DNA of 64,000 nucleotides from an uncultured Gemmatimonadales bacterium. Lineage in GTDB: Bacteria > Gemmatimonadota > Gemmatimonadetes > Palauibacterales > Palauibacteraceae. Positions within the stretch are counted from its first letter, which is position 1. Each line of letters begins with the position of its first letter. The notes beneath the pieces were generated by a model that worked only from the letters and a program-made list of their open reading frames with translations, searched no databases and had not been told where the DNA came from. A program made the translations under genes and the position numbers. Positions 33,532-44,847 of this stretch are shown here, one piece after another. The DNA lies in NCBI GenBank assembly GCA_963783385.1, contig CAWANJ010000001.1, forward strand, positions 1-64,000, given 5' to 3'.

Positions 33532-35567
33532 CTATCCCTCCCCGACCACCACCCTCTGCGCCTTCTTCACGGCCTCGGCGGGGCCGACCAGCACCACGTA
33601 GTCGCCGGCCTCGACCCTCGTGTCGCCGCGCGGGACCACGAAGTGGTCGCCCCGGATGACCGCGGCGACGACGCACTCGTTGGGGATGGCCATGTCGCGA
33701 ATGAGGGCTCCGGCGGCGGGCCCGTCCTCGGGGACCGGGACGCTGACCAGGCTGGCCACCCCCGAGCCGATCTCGAACAGCTCGGCCACGCCCGGGCGGT
33801 CCAGGTAGTTCTCGACCATGGCGGCCGTGGCCCACGGGGCGCTGATCGCCAGGATGCCCTCGTCCTCGAGGAGGGACATGTACTCGGGGTCCTGCACGAT
33901 GGCCATCACCCGACCCATGCCGAGCCGCTTGGCCTGCAGGGCCGAGATCACGTTCCGGCCGTCGTCCTCGGAGGCGGCGATGGTGACGTCCACGTTGTCG
34001 GGCCCCACCTGTTCCAGGAGCTCTCGCTTGGTGCCGTCGCCCTGGTAGATGGGAACGTTGTAGCGCTGCTCGAGCTCCCGGCAGCGCGCCTCGTCCTCCT
34101 CGACGAAGGTGATCTGGTGCTCGGCCGCCCGGAACACGAGCCGGTAGTCGTCGGCGGCCAGGAGCCGATCGGCGATGTTCCGGCCCTGCCGCCCTCCGCT
34201 GATGATGAGTACGCGCATGTGCTCCCTGCCCAGGCTACGGATCCACGAGGTAAGCCGGTCGCGGGCGGCCGGCAACGCCTCCGCCGCCCGCCGGCGGTTC
34301 TCCGGTCGGGTGAGATAGATGGCGGCCCCGGCCGCCGTGAGCGCCCCGCCCAGGGCGAAACTCCTCGCCTCCAGGAAGGGCACGAACATCCAGCACGACA
34401 CGATCCCCAGGAGCGGGACCCACGGATACAGGGGGACCGTGAACGGCCGCCGCAGGTTGGGCATGCGGCGATGGAGGGCGAAGACGGCGTAGTTCACGAC
34501 CCCGAGCCCCATGAGGTAGCCGAAGTCGCTCACCGACGCCACGAAGCGCACGATCCCGGTGGCCGCGAATCCCGCCACCACGGCCGCGCACGCGCCCAGC
34601 GCGATGTGGGGCGTGCGGAAGCGGGGGTGGAGACGCGCGAAGGCGGACGGGAAGTGGCCGTCCCGCCCCAGGGCGTACAGCACCCGAGCGCTGGCGCCGA
34701 GGGTGACGCTGAACGCCGACAGGCTGGCCATGATCGTGGCCACGATGGCCGCCCACTTGCCCCACCCGCCCAGGATGTTGCCGGCCATGAGGATGAAGGG
34801 GACGTCGCTTCCGGCCAGGTTCTCGTGCCGGGTCGTCCCCATCATGACGTACACTACGAACACGTAGATGCCCGTGGCGACGAACAGGGTGATGAGGATG
34901 GCGCGTGGGATCGTCTTCCCCGGGGCGATGATCTCCTCGGAGGCCACCGTGATGAGCTCGAAGCCCACGTAGGAGATGTAGACCAGCGCCATGGCCGGCA
35001 CGAAGCCGCCGTAGCCCACCGGCGCCAGGGGACGGAGGTTGGGGGCCTCCACGTGGGAGAGGCCGAGGCGCGGCCACGCCGATCAGCACGGCGAGCTCGA
35101 CCAGGTTCATGACCGTGATGATGCTGATCGCCTCGGAGCCCCCGAAGAGGTTCACGGCCGTGAAGACGAGCGGTGGTGGCCAGCGCGATGACGGCCAGGC
35201 TGGCGTGGGGCCAGAAGTAGCCCCGGATCGTGATCGCGAAGATCACGGCGTACATGGCGCACGCCAGCGTGTTGCCGATCCAGAAGAACCAGCCGGTCAG
35301 GAAGGCGAGGGGCCGAGGGAGCGTGCGGCTGGTGAAAGAGTAGCCGCCGCCGGCGATCGGGATGGCCGCGCCGAGCTCGCTGTAGGAGAGCGCGGTGAGG
35401 AGGGTGACGACGCCCACCAGCAGGTAGACCCCGATCCCCAGGGGGCCCACCAGCCTGGCCACCTCGCCGGGAAGGGCGAAGATGCCGGGGCCCATCATGG
35501 CCCCGATCCCGATCATGACGGCCCCGAACAGGCCAATGGTGCGCCGGAAGGAGAGGTCCTGGCTCAT
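33532..35567 (-). CDS. APC amino-acid permease fused to TrkA-N/TrkA-C (RCK) domains, frameshifted
   Basis: GAMMGPGIF, YSELGAAIP.AGG, YVGFE...SEE, RFRTP; then MRVLIISGG, GDGT, AAVIRG...VPRGDT; frame changes near 35170 and 35065. Confidence 0.85.
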
Positions 35568-35781
35568 CGAGGCCGAACGTAGCCGAACGGGGCCGATCGG
35601 GCGAATGCGATGAACGGAGCGGGGTTGCCGGCCGGGGTCCCGGCCGGCAGTTTGCGCCTCGTCCGTCACGAGGCGCGGCCGTGCCGTCCGCGAGAGCCAC
35701 GGTCCACGCGAGACCGCTTCCCTCACCCGGACCAACGCATGAGCATCGCCGAGAGGCGACGGGACGGAGAAGGAGCTCCCA

Positions 35782-36478
35782 ATGCGAGAAGCTCCACTCC
35801 GTGAGCAGGCACGCCAGGTCCTTCGCCGCTGGCTCATCGAGGGAGAGCTGCAGCCCGGCCAGGACCTCAACGAGCGCCTCATCGGCGACCGGCTCGGTGT
35901 GAGCCGGACTCCCGTCCGCGAGGCGCTCCTCCTCCTCACCCTCGAGGGCTTCGTGTCCATGAGCCCGTACGAGGGCTACTACGTGGCCCCCCTCACCCGC
36001 GAGGAGGGCGAGGACCTCTACCGGCTCATCGCGCTCATGGAGCACCAGGCCCTGGTGCGCTGCGAGCCCCCCGACCGCCGAGGAGCTCGTCCTTCTCGAC
36101 GAGCTCAGCGACCGCCGGCTGGCGGCCCCTAGCCACGACGAGAGCGTCGAGCTCGACCGCGAGTGGCACCGCACCCTCCTGGCCGGAGAGCGGGTGGGCC
36201 GTGTGTACCGCGAGGAGCTGACCCGGCTCCGCAACCGACTGGACCGGTACGAGCGGGCCCTCCTGCTGGACGCGCCCAGCCGGGCCTCGCTCGTCGGCGA
36301 GCACCGCGCCATCGTAGGGGCCCTGCGTCGCGGCGAGTGCGAGGAGGCCGGCCGGCTCCTGGAGGAGCACTGGCTGTGGCCCCTGTCGCGCGGGGTCCGC
36401 TGGCCGACCGACGGGGAGGAGGCCAACGGCGACGGCTCCGCGGACGACGAGGCGACCGGCGAGAAAGCGGCCTCCTGA
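35782..36478 (+). CDS. GntR family regulator (paralogue 3), frameshifted
   Basis: PLREQARQVL...SRTPVREALLLL; C-terminus EHRAIV...LEEHWL in another frame. Confidence 0.8.
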
Positions 36479-36523
36479 CCCGGCGCGCCTGACGGGCGAG
36501 CCGCCCGGCCGTAGCTTGGCCCC

Positions 36524-36901
36524 GTGCTGAACGAACACCAGCGGCGGCGGCTGTCGGTCCGCATGGGCCGGCTCGTGGAGGAGGGCGAGGCGCTCCTCGA
36601 CCAGCTCCGCGACTCACCCGACGCCTCTTCCGCCGCGCTGCGCACCGAGCTCGAGACGCTGCTCCACACGACCCGGACGGCCGCCGGTCGCCTGGACATC
36701 CGCCTGGACGGGCCCCCTCCCGACCTTCCCCACCGGGTGCTCGTGTGGTCCGCCGCCTGGTGGACCCGCATGATCGACTGCCAGCCCGAGCACCTGGGGG
36801 GACTGGGCGACGTGGCGCCGGAGGACGCGAAGCGGATCGCTCCCGCCGTGGAGGAGATCGCCGGCCACCTGGCGCGCCTCCAGCGGCTGGCGGGCGAGTG
36901 A
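36524..36901 (+). CDS. Hypothetical helical protein
   Basis: 125-aa ORF with GC3-biased codons; stop overlaps the start of the ABC ATPase (GTGA). Confidence 0.65.
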   Translation: MLNEHQRRRLSVRMGRLVEEGEALLDQLRDSPDASSAALRTELETLLHTTRTAAGRLDIRLDGPPPDLPHRVLVWSAAWWTRMIDCQPEHLGGLGDVAPEDAKRIAPAVEEIAGHLARLQRLAGE

Positions 36902-38388
36902 CCGGGCCTCCCCTCCTCGAGCTGCGTAGCGTCACCAGGCGATTCCCGGGCGTGACCGCGCTCGCCGGCGTGGACCTCGCCGTCCGGGCCGGAGAGGTGC
37001 ACGCCCTCATCGGCGAGAACGGCGCCGGAAAGTCGACCCTCCTCCGTGTCCTGGCCGGCGCCACGGCCCCCGACGAGGGCGAGATCCGCATGGACGGGGA
37101 GCCGGTCGTCTTCCGCGGCCCGCGCGACGCGCTCGCCCGGGGCGTGACCGTCATCTACCAGGAGCTCACGCTCGTCCCCCATCTCACGGTGGCCGACAAC
37201 ATCTTCCTGGGGATCGAGCCGGCGCGCTCGGGGGTCGTGGACCGGGTGGCGGCGCGCGCGGGGGCGACGGGCGCCCTCGGCGAGCTCGGCCTCGAGGTGG
37301 ACCCGGACGCGCCGGTCGCCCGCCTGTCGGTGGCGCAGCGGCAGATGGTCGAGATGGCGCGCGCCCTGGTGCGGAACGCGCGCGTCCTCGCCCTCGACGA
37401 GCCCACCGCCACCCTCACCCCCCACGAGGTCGACCGCCTGTTCGAGCGGGTGGACCGGCTGCGCGATGCCGGGACGGGGATCGTGTTCGTCTCCCACCGG
37501 CTGGACGAGGTGCGCCGGGTCGCCGACCGGGTCACCGTGCTGCGCGACGGTGAGCGGGTGTGGACCGGGGCCGCGGCGGAGCGGGACGACGCGGCCCTGG
37601 TGCGCGCCATGGTGGGCCGCGACGTGGAGTACCCGCGCCAGGCCGCGGCCGGGCCGCCGTCCGAGCCGCCGCTGCTCGAGGCGGAGGGCCTCACCCGCGA
37701 GCCCGCTTTCCGGGACGTGTCGCTGCGGCTGCGGCGCGGCGAGATCGTGGGGCTGGCCGGGCTGGTGGGGGCCGGCCGCACGGAGGTGGCCCGCGTCCTG
37801 GCCGGAGCCGATCGGCCGGACGCGGGCCGGGTGCTGCTGGACGGCGAGCCCTTCCGGCCGCGCTCTCCGGGCGACGCGCTCCGCCGGGGCGTCGTCTACT
37901 TCCCCGAGGACCGGAAGCGGGACGGCCTGGCGCCCCGCCTCACGGTGCGCGAGAACGTGACCCTCTCCGTGCTGCGCCGCTTCTCCCGCCTGGGGGTCGT
38001 GCGGCGCGGGGCGGAGGCGAGCGCGGCCCGGGCCGCGGTGCGGGAGGTGGACCTCCGCCCGCCCGAGATCGAGCGGCCGGCGCGCACCCTGTCGGGCGGC
38101 AACCAGCAGAAAGTCGTGGTGGCCCGGGGGCTGATGGCCCAGGCCCGCGTGCTCCTGTTCGACGAGCCCACCCGGGGCGTGGACATCGGGGCCAAGGCGG
38201 AGCTCCACCGCCAGATCCGGTTCCTGGCCGACGGGGGGCGAGCCGTGCTCGTCATCTCTTCCGAGCTCCCCGAGCTCCTCGCCCTCGCCGACCGGGTGGT
38301 GGTGGTGCGCGAGGGCCGCGTCACCGGGAGGGTGGCGGGCGATGCCATGACCGCCGAGCGCATCATGGCGCTGGCGGTGGCGGGGTGA
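36898..38388 (+). CDS. Sugar ABC transporter ATP-binding protein (RbsA-like)
   Basis: GENGAGKST, LDEPT, LSGGNQQK and DEPTRGVD. Confidence 0.95.
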   Translation: MTGPPLLELRSVTRRFPGVTALAGVDLAVRAGEVHALIGENGAGKSTLLRVLAGATAPDEGEIRMDGEPVVFRGPRDALARGVTVIYQELTLVPHLTVADNIFLGIEPARSGVVDRVAARAGATGALGELGLEVDPDAPVARLSVAQRQMVEMARALVRNARVLALDEPTATLTPHEVDRLFERVDRLRDAGTGIVFVSHRLDEVRRVADRVTVLRDGERVWTGAAAERDDAALVRAMVGRDVEYPRQAAAGPPSEPPLLEAEGLTREPAFRDVSLRLRRGEIVGLAGLVGAGRTEVARVLAGADRPDAGRVLLDGEPFRPRSPGDALRRGVVYFPEDRKRDGLAPRLTVRENVTLSVLRRFSRLGVVRRGAEASAARAAVREVDLRPPEIERPARTLSGGNQQKVVVARGLMAQARVLLFDEPTRGVDIGAKAELHRQIRFLADGGRAVLVISSELPELLALADRVVVVREGRVTGRVAGDAMTAERIMALAVAG

Positions 38389-38395
38389 GGCCCCG

Positions 38396-39430
38396 GTGAG
38401 CGGGACGCGCGGGGGCTGGCTCGAGCGCTACGGCGTGGGGCTCGCCCTGGTGGCGCTCGTCGTCCTCGCCTCGGTCGGCGTCCCGGGCTTCTTCTCGCGC
38501 GGCAACCTGACCACGGTCCTCCTGCACGTGTCGGTGAACGGCATCCTGGCCGTGGGCATGACCTTTGTCATCGTGACGGCCGGCATCGACCTGTCCGTGG
38601 GCTCGATCGTGGGGCTGGCCGGCGTCCTGGTGGCGGCCACCGTGACGGACGCCGGGCTCCTCTCCGCCCTCGGCCCGGGCGGCGCCACCGCCGTGGGGGT
38701 GGCGGTCGGAATCGCCGTGGGGGCCGGCGTCGGGCTCGTCAACGGCGCGGCGGTCGCCTACCTGGGCGTGAACCCGTTCATGGTCACGCTGGCCACCATG
38801 ACCATGGCGCGCGGGGCCGCCCGCCTGTTCACGGGCGGGGTGCCGATCGGCTTCCCGCCGCAGAGCGACCCGCGCTTCGATCTGAAGGTGGCGGGCCTGG
38901 ACGCCCTCCACGCCCTGGGCGGCGGGCGGGTCCCCGTCCCCGGCCTGCCGCGCGGCTTCCCGGTGCCGGCGCTGGTCATGCTGGCCCTGGTGGCCCTGGG
39001 GGGCTTCGTCCTCGCGCGCACCCGCTTCGGACGGCACGTGTACGCGGTGGGCGGGAATGAGGAGGCCTCCCGGCTGGCGGGCGTGCCGGTGCGGCGGGTC
39101 AAGCTCGGCGTGTACGCGATCTCGGGGGCGTGCGCGGGGCTGGCCGCCGTGCTCATGGTGGGGCAGCTGCGCTCGGGCGGCCCCGACGCCGGTCTCCTGT
39201 ACGAGCTCAACGCGATCGCGGCGGCCGTCATCGGCGGCGCGTCCCTGTTCGGGGGGCTCGGCACGGCGTGGGGCGCGCTGGTCGGCGCCCTGCTCATCGG
39301 CGTCCTCAACAACTCGCTCGACCTGCTGGGCGTGCAGGCGTTCTGGCAGGAGATCTCCAAGGGCGGCATCATCCTGGCCGCCGTGCTGTTCGACGTGTGG
39401 ACGAAGCGGGGGAGCGAAGGTGGTGGGTAG
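38396..39430 (+). CDS. Sugar ABC transporter permease (RbsC-like)
   Basis: GIDLSVG, GRHVYAVGGNEEASRLAGV and YELNAIAAAVIGG. Confidence 0.95.
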   Translation: MSGTRGGWLERYGVGLALVALVVLASVGVPGFFSRGNLTTVLLHVSVNGILAVGMTFVIVTAGIDLSVGSIVGLAGVLVAATVTDAGLLSALGPGGATAVGVAVGIAVGAGVGLVNGAAVAYLGVNPFMVTLATMTMARGAARLFTGGVPIGFPPQSDPRFDLKVAGLDALHALGGGRVPVPGLPRGFPVPALVMLALVALGGFVLARTRFGRHVYAVGGNEEASRLAGVPVRRVKLGVYAISGACAGLAAVLMVGQLRSGGPDAGLLYELNAIAAAVIGGASLFGGLGTAWGALVGALLIGVLNNSLDLLGVQAFWQEISKGGIILAAVLFDVWTKRGSEGGG

Positions 39431-42400
39431 GGACGAGAGGCAGGACGAGGACAGGGGCGGGCCGAGGGCAACTTCCGGGCGGGGGCGGGTCGCGGCGCGC
39501 ACCCCCGGGGTCGCGACCGCACTCGCCGCCGCCCTCGTCCTGGGTGCCGCGGCGACTGCGGCCATCCCGGTGCGGGCCGCCGCCCAGCAGCCGCAGGGCG
39601 CGCCGCCTCCGTCCCGCGACCTGGGCCAGCCCGTGTCCCGGTGGCTGGTCCGCATCCCGGTCCACGCCGACACGGGCCGGGCCGGGCTCCTGCGGGACTA
39701 TCTGGCGCCGTCGGAGTCGGAGGCGGCGGTCCTCCCCGAGCCCGGCGACCCGGAGACCGGCCCGTGGGTCGAGGTGCGAACGGACTCGACCGGGGCGGTC
39801 GACTTCAACCGGGAGTTCGAGGGCTCGACCGACCACACCGTCGCCTACGCCCACGTCTACCTCTCCTCTCCCGTGGACCGGGACCTCCGTCTCCTGGTGT
39901 CCAGCGACGACGACGTCGAGGCGCTCGTCAACGGCCAGCGCGTGTGGGCGCACGAGGTGGCGCGCGGCCTGGCCTCGGGCACGGACACGGTGGACGTCCG
40001 GCTGGCGAAGGGCTGGAACACGCTGATGTTCAAGGTGCGGAACCGGACCGGCGGGTTCGGGCTGCGCGTCTTCCTGGTGCACGCCCCCGGCGGGCCGGGG
40101 CTGGGCGGGCTCCGCACCTCGGTGGGGCCGCCGCCGGAGATGAGGGGCCACAGCTTCCCCGAGCGCGAGGTGGCGGTGGGGCCGGTCAGGGTACGCGGCG
40201 GCCTCGTGTGGCGGGGCGGCGCCCTGCTCGCGCCCGCCACCCTGCCGGTCACGGCGTGGGGGCCCGACACCCTGCGCCACGCGCGGGTCCGCGTCCGGCA
40301 GGACGGCCGCGACCTGGCGGCGGACAGCTTCCCGGTCCTCGTTCCCGGCCGGCCGGACAGCCTCCGGGTGGAGATCCCGTTCGCGCGGCTGCGGCGCTCG
40401 GCGCTGGGCGACGACCGCATCGAGGGCCGCTCCGACTGGCAGGGCGGCTCGAGCCGGGTGGACGTGGGGGTGAGCCCGGGGCGGCTCCTGCGGCTGGCCG
40501 GCGGGCGAGTGGACCTCGGCTTCGGGCCGATCGACGTCCATGGCCAGCGGGTGGACCGGTTCGCGACGCGGGTCGAGGTGCCGCCGGCGCTGGGCGGGCG
40601 CCCGGTGGAGATCCTGGCCCGGGGCCTCGGCCCGAAGGCCACGTACACCGTCGACGGGCGGGCGCGCGCGTGGTCGGACGGCACCGTGCCGCTGTGCTCT
40701 CCGTGCCGAACGGGCGACACGCTCGACATCACGCTCATCCCCGACCCGGACCGGCCCGTGTGGCTGGCCCCGCAGGTGCGGGTGGCCGAGCCGGGCTTCG
40801 CCGAGTACGAGGACGGTTACGGCTACGCCCGCAGGCTGACCGGCGAAGCCCCGCCCATCGACCGGCCCGACCCGGTCGCGTGGCTGCGGGCCCTGGGACG
40901 GGACGGCCACGACTACGCGGACCTGCTCCAGGAGTACGCCGACGCCTACGCGCCCCTGTCGCGGCGCATCCGGCAGGACACGCTCTTCCTGGTCGGCAAC
41001 TCCCACATCGACGCGGCGTGGCTGTGGCCGTGGACCGAGACCGAGGGGGTGATCCGTGACACGTGGCGCACCTCCCTCAAGCTGGCCGACATCTTTCCGG
41101 GCTACGTGTTCGCGGCCAGCGCGGCCGCCTACTACCGGGCCGTGGACCGGCTGGAGCCGACGCTGGGCGACTCGCTGCGCCGGGCCGTGAAGGAGGGGAG
41201 CTGGTCCATCGTGGGAGGCTGGTGGCTGGAGCCGGACGTGAACCTCCCCTCGGGCGAGTCGCTGGTCCGGCAGGGCCTGTACGGCCAGCGCTGGTTCGAG
41301 AAGCACTACGGCCGCCGGGCCACCGTGGCGTGGACGCCGGACTCGTTCGGCTATCCCTGGACCCTGCCCCAGATCCTGAAGGAGCAAGGCTTCGACGCCT
41401 TCGTGACCCAGAAGCTGCGCTGGAACGACTCCACCGAGTTCCCGCACGACGCCTTCTGGTGGAAGGGCCCGGACGGGACCCGCCTGTTCACCTACATCCC
41501 CTACGGCTACGACAGCCACCTGCGCCCGGACGCGCTCATCCAGAACCGGCTGGCCGACCGGAAGAAGACCGGGCTCCACGACCAGGTCGTGCTGTACGGG
41601 GTGGGGGACCACGGCGGCGGGCCGACCATCGACATGCTGGAGCGGGCCCAGGACCTCCGGCGCGTGCCGACCTTCCCGACCATGACCTACGCCAGGCCCG
41701 GGCCGGCGCTGGACCGGGTGCGCGCCGAGCAGCCCGACTCGGCCTTCCCGACGTGGCCGGACGAGCTCTACCTGGAGTACCACCGCGGCACCTACACCAC
41801 GCAGGCGTGGATGAAGCGGCGGAACCGCCGCGGCGAGGCCCGCCTGCAGACGGCCGAGGCGCTGGCCGCGGTGGACACGGCCGCCTACCCGCGGACCGCC
41901 CTCGAGGCGGCGTGGCACCAGGTGCTGTTCAACCAGTTCCACGACCTCCTGCCCGGCTCCGGGATCCACGAGATCTACGTGCACGCCATGGCGCGCTACG
42001 ACTCGGCGTGGGCCACCCTGGACTCGCTGCAGGCGCGCTCCCTGGCCGACCTCGGCGCGCGCCTGGACACGCGGGGGCGCGGGAGGGCCGTGGTGGTGTT
42101 CAACCCGCTCGGCTGGAGCCGGAGCGGCCGCGTGGCCGTGCCGCCCGCCCCGGGCTCGAAGGCCGACACCACCTGGATCACGGTGGACAGCGTGCCGGCG
42201 CTCGGAGCCCGGGTGGTGCACCTGCCCGCGGACACGATGTCCCGGTCCGACCGCGGCCTGCCGGAGCCCGCCGCCGGGCCCGACTGGATCTCCAACGGCC
42301 GCCTGAGGGTCCGGGTGGACACCACCGACGGAGAGATCACCTCGATCCGCGACCTGGCGACGGGGCGCGAGGTGCTGGCTCCGGGGGAGCGCGGCAACGT

Positions 42401-43322
42401 CCTGCAGCTGTTCGACGACCAGCCGGCCCGGTGGGACGCCTGGAACGTGGTCGACTGGAAGCGCGAGCGGGACGTGACGAAGCTGACGGCCCTCTCGGTC
42501 CACGCCGACGCTCGCGCGGCCGAGGTCCGGATGACGCGCACCTGGGGGAGCTCGACCTTCCGCCAGACCCTGATCCTGCGGCGCGGCTCCCCGGCGCTCG
42601 AGATGCGGAACGACGTCGACTGGCACGAGACGCACGAGCTCCTCAAGGTGGCGTTCGCGCTCGGGGTCACGGCCGACTCGGCCACCTACGAGATCCCGTA
42701 CGGCACCATCGGGCGCTCGGGCTCTCCGCGCACGCAGGCCGAGCGGGCCAAGTTCGAGGTGCCGGGGCAGCGCTGGGCCAATGTGTCGGGCGGCGGGTGG
42801 GGCGTCGCGCTCGTGGACCGCGACAAGTACGGCTTCGACTACCACGGGCACGTGCTGCGCATGAGCCTCCTGCGCTCACCGACCTGGCCCGACTCCCTGG
42901 CCGACCGGGGGCGGCAGCGCTTCCGGTTCGAGCTCTACCCGCACGAGGGCGACTGGAAGGCGGCCGCGGTCGAGCGCCGCGCGGCCGGCTACAACGTGCC
43001 GCTGGTGGCCGCGTCCGAGCCCTCGCACCCGGGCGCTCTGGGGCGGAGCTTCTCGCTGGCCTCGGCCGCGCCGGGGAACGTGCACATCGCGTGGCTCAAG
43101 AAGGCCGAGGCCTCGGACGCCTACGTGCTGCGTCTGGTCGAGTGGCACGGAGAGCCCGCGGATGCATCGGTCACACTGGGCTGCCCGATCGCCTCGGCGC
43201 GGAAGACGAACCTCCTGGAGGACCCGGGCGAGGCGGTGCCGTTCACGGGCCGCACGGCCCGGCTCCACCTTCGTCCCTACGAGATCGCGACCCTGCTCGT
43301 CTCCTGCGCGACGGGCCGCTGA
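39420..43322 (+). CDS. GH38 alpha-mannosidase with N-terminal accessory domains
   Basis: SHIDAAWLW, WTPDSFG, GVGDHGGG, ELYLEYHRGTYT and QFHDLLPGS; start uncertain. Confidence 0.92.
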   Translation: MVGRDERQDEDRGGPRATSGRGRVAARTPGVATALAAALVLGAAATAAIPVRAAAQQPQGAPPPSRDLGQPVSRWLVRIPVHADTGRAGLLRDYLAPSESEAAVLPEPGDPETGPWVEVRTDSTGAVDFNREFEGSTDHTVAYAHVYLSSPVDRDLRLLVSSDDDVEALVNGQRVWAHEVARGLASGTDTVDVRLAKGWNTLMFKVRNRTGGFGLRVFLVHAPGGPGLGGLRTSVGPPPEMRGHSFPEREVAVGPVRVRGGLVWRGGALLAPATLPVTAWGPDTLRHARVRVRQDGRDLAADSFPVLVPGRPDSLRVEIPFARLRRSALGDDRIEGRSDWQGGSSRVDVGVSPGRLLRLAGGRVDLGFGPIDVHGQRVDRFATRVEVPPALGGRPVEILARGLGPKATYTVDGRARAWSDGTVPLCSPCRTGDTLDITLIPDPDRPVWLAPQVRVAEPGFAEYEDGYGYARRLTGEAPPIDRPDPVAWLRALGRDGHDYADLLQEYADAYAPLSRRIRQDTLFLVGNSHIDAAWLWPWTETEGVIRDTWRTSLKLADIFPGYVFAASAAAYYRAVDRLEPTLGDSLRRAVKEGSWSIVGGWWLEPDVNLPSGESLVRQGLYGQRWFEKHYGRRATVAWTPDSFGYPWTLPQILKEQGFDAFVTQKLRWNDSTEFPHDAFWWKGPDGTRLFTYIPYGYDSHLRPDALIQNRLADRKKTGLHDQVVLYGVGDHGGGPTIDMLERAQDLRRVPTFPTMTYARPGPALDRVRAEQPDSAFPTWPDELYLEYHRGTYTTQAWMKRRNRRGEARLQTAEALAAVDTAAYPRTALEAAWHQVLFNQFHDLLPGSGIHEIYVHAMARYDSAWATLDSLQARSLADLGARLDTRGRGRAVVVFNPLGWSRSGRVAVPPAPGSKADTTWITVDSVPALGARVVHLPADTMSRSDRGLPEPAAGPDWISNGRLRVRVDTTDGEITSIRDLATGREVLAPGERGNVLQLFDDQPARWDAWNVVDWKRERDVTKLTALSVHADARAAEVRMTRTWGSSTFRQTLILRRGSPALEMRNDVDWHETHELLKVAFALGVTADSATYEIPYGTIGRSGSPRTQAERAKFEVPGQRWANVSGGGWGVALVDRDKYGFDYHGHVLRMSLLRSPTWPDSLADRGRQRFRFELYPHEGDWKAAAVERRAAGYNVPLVAASEPSHPGALGRSFSLASAAPGNVHIAWLKKAEASDAYVLRLVEWHGEPADASVTLGCPIASARKTNLLEDPGEAVPFTGRTARLHLRPYEIATLLVSCATGR

Positions 43323-44677
43323 GCTCCGGCGGCCTCCGGCCACCGGCCCTCTTCCGCCTCGGCGACCGGCTCCCCGGAGAAGCGCGCCAGGAGGACCGCG
43401 GCGGTCATGTCCCCGGTGACGTTGACCAGGGTCTTGAAGATGTCGGGGATGGTATCCACCGCGCGGAGGATGATCACCCCCTCGATCGGGATGCCGAGGG
43501 CCATGTAGGCGGGCAGCGAGGTGAGCCCCAGGTGGCTGGGAATTCCCGGCACCGCGACCGTCACCGGAAACAGGATGAGCACGAAGGTGAGGATCCCGGC
43601 GGGCCCGATCGGGATCCCGTACAGCCGGCCCAGGAACAGCGCCGTGAACAGCGTGGAGACCATCATGTTCACGCGGAACGTGGTCACGGCGAGCGGCAGC
43701 GCGAAGCCCGAGATCGAGGACGACATCCCGAGCCGCTCCTCCGCCCCCTCCATGAGCGCCGGCAGCGAGGCCAGGGAGGATCGGGTGCTCAGCCCGACGA
43801 CCTGGGCCGGGAGGAGCGCCCGGGCGAAGCGCCGCAGCGGGACGCGCGCCACCACGACCGCGATCCCATAGAACACCAGGGTGAACGCCAGCAGCAGCCC
43901 CGAGACGATCACGATGAAGTCGAGGAGCACCCGCGCCGCGCCCAGGCCCGACCCGGCGGCCATCTCGTAGGTGAGCACGAAAGCGCCCAGCGGCGTCAGG
44001 ACCAGGATCCAGTGGATGAGCACGAAGGTGGCGTCCGAGATCCCCCGGAACACGGCGTCCAGGGCGGCGCGGCGCTCGGCGGAGATGTGCCGGACGGCCA
44101 GGGCGAACAGGACGATGAACAGGATGAGCGGGAGCATCTTGCCGTCGGCGGCCGCCTCGAACACGTTCGAGGGCACCAGGCCCAGGAGCCAGTCCGCGGC
44201 TCCCGGCGAGCCCGCCTGCGCCTGGCGCGCCAGGTCGGAAGTGCCCGCCGCCACCTGGCGGAAGTGCTCCAGGGTGGCGGGCGGAAACGAGATGCGCGAC
44301 AGGATGGCGGGGCCGACGAGGGCCGTGAAGCCGGCGGCCGCCGCCAGGAGAAGCAGGAGGATCGCGCAGGCGCGCACGCCCAGCCGGCCGACGCCCGGGC
44401 CCGGCCGATCCGCCGTGATCGTCACGAACAGCTGGGAGACCACGAGCGGGATGACCGTCATGCGCAGCGCGTTGATCCACAGGCCCCCGATCGGCTCCAG
44501 GACGGGGACGGCGCCCAGCAGGAGCCCGCTCTGCAGCCGGAAGGCCAGCGTGCCGAGCCCCAGACCCGCGACCAGCCCGATGAGGGAGGCCGTGGTCAGG
44601 GACGGCATGTGGTACCGGCGCGACACTTTCGTGGGGGATTCGCGCATGCGCGGACGCTCCTCCTGCGGGTCGGACAC
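43277..44677 (-). CDS. Dicarboxylate/amino acid:cation symporter (DAACS)
   Basis: NALRMTVIPLV, STRSSLASLP, LPLAV and D...DIFKTLVNVTGD. Confidence 0.9.
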   Translation of the reverse strand: MSDPQEERPRMRESPTKVSRRYHMPSLTTASLIGLVAGLGLGTLAFRLQSGLLLGAVPVLEPIGGLWINALRMTVIPLVVSQLFVTITADRPGPGVGRLGVRACAILLLLLAAAAGFTALVGPAILSRISFPPATLEHFRQVAAGTSDLARQAQAGSPGAADWLLGLVPSNVFEAAADGKMLPLILFIVLFALAVRHISAERRAALDAVFRGISDATFVLIHWILVLTPLGAFVLTYEMAAGSGLGAARVLLDFIVIVSGLLLAFTLVFYGIAVVVARVPLRRFARALLPAQVVGLSTRSSLASLPALMEGAEERLGMSSSISGFALPLAVTTFRVNMMVSTLFTALFLGRLYGIPIGPAGILTFVLILFPVTVAVPGIPSHLGLTSLPAYMALGIPIEGVIILRAVDTIPDIFKTLVNVTGDMTAAVLLARFSGEPVAEAEEGRWPEAAGAQRPVAQETSRVAIS

Positions 44678-44847
44678 TCGTCGTAGGGGTGAAGCTACTT
44701 CATTGATCTATAAAGACATCCGCGGTAAGGCGCGAGGATCGATGCGGCTCGCGGAGCGTGGGCCGGGCCAACACGGGGACGGCCGACCACCGGCCGGAGA
44801 GGGGCAACCGACGTGCCGCAGGGCCGCGGAGCGGAAGGGATGGAGCC

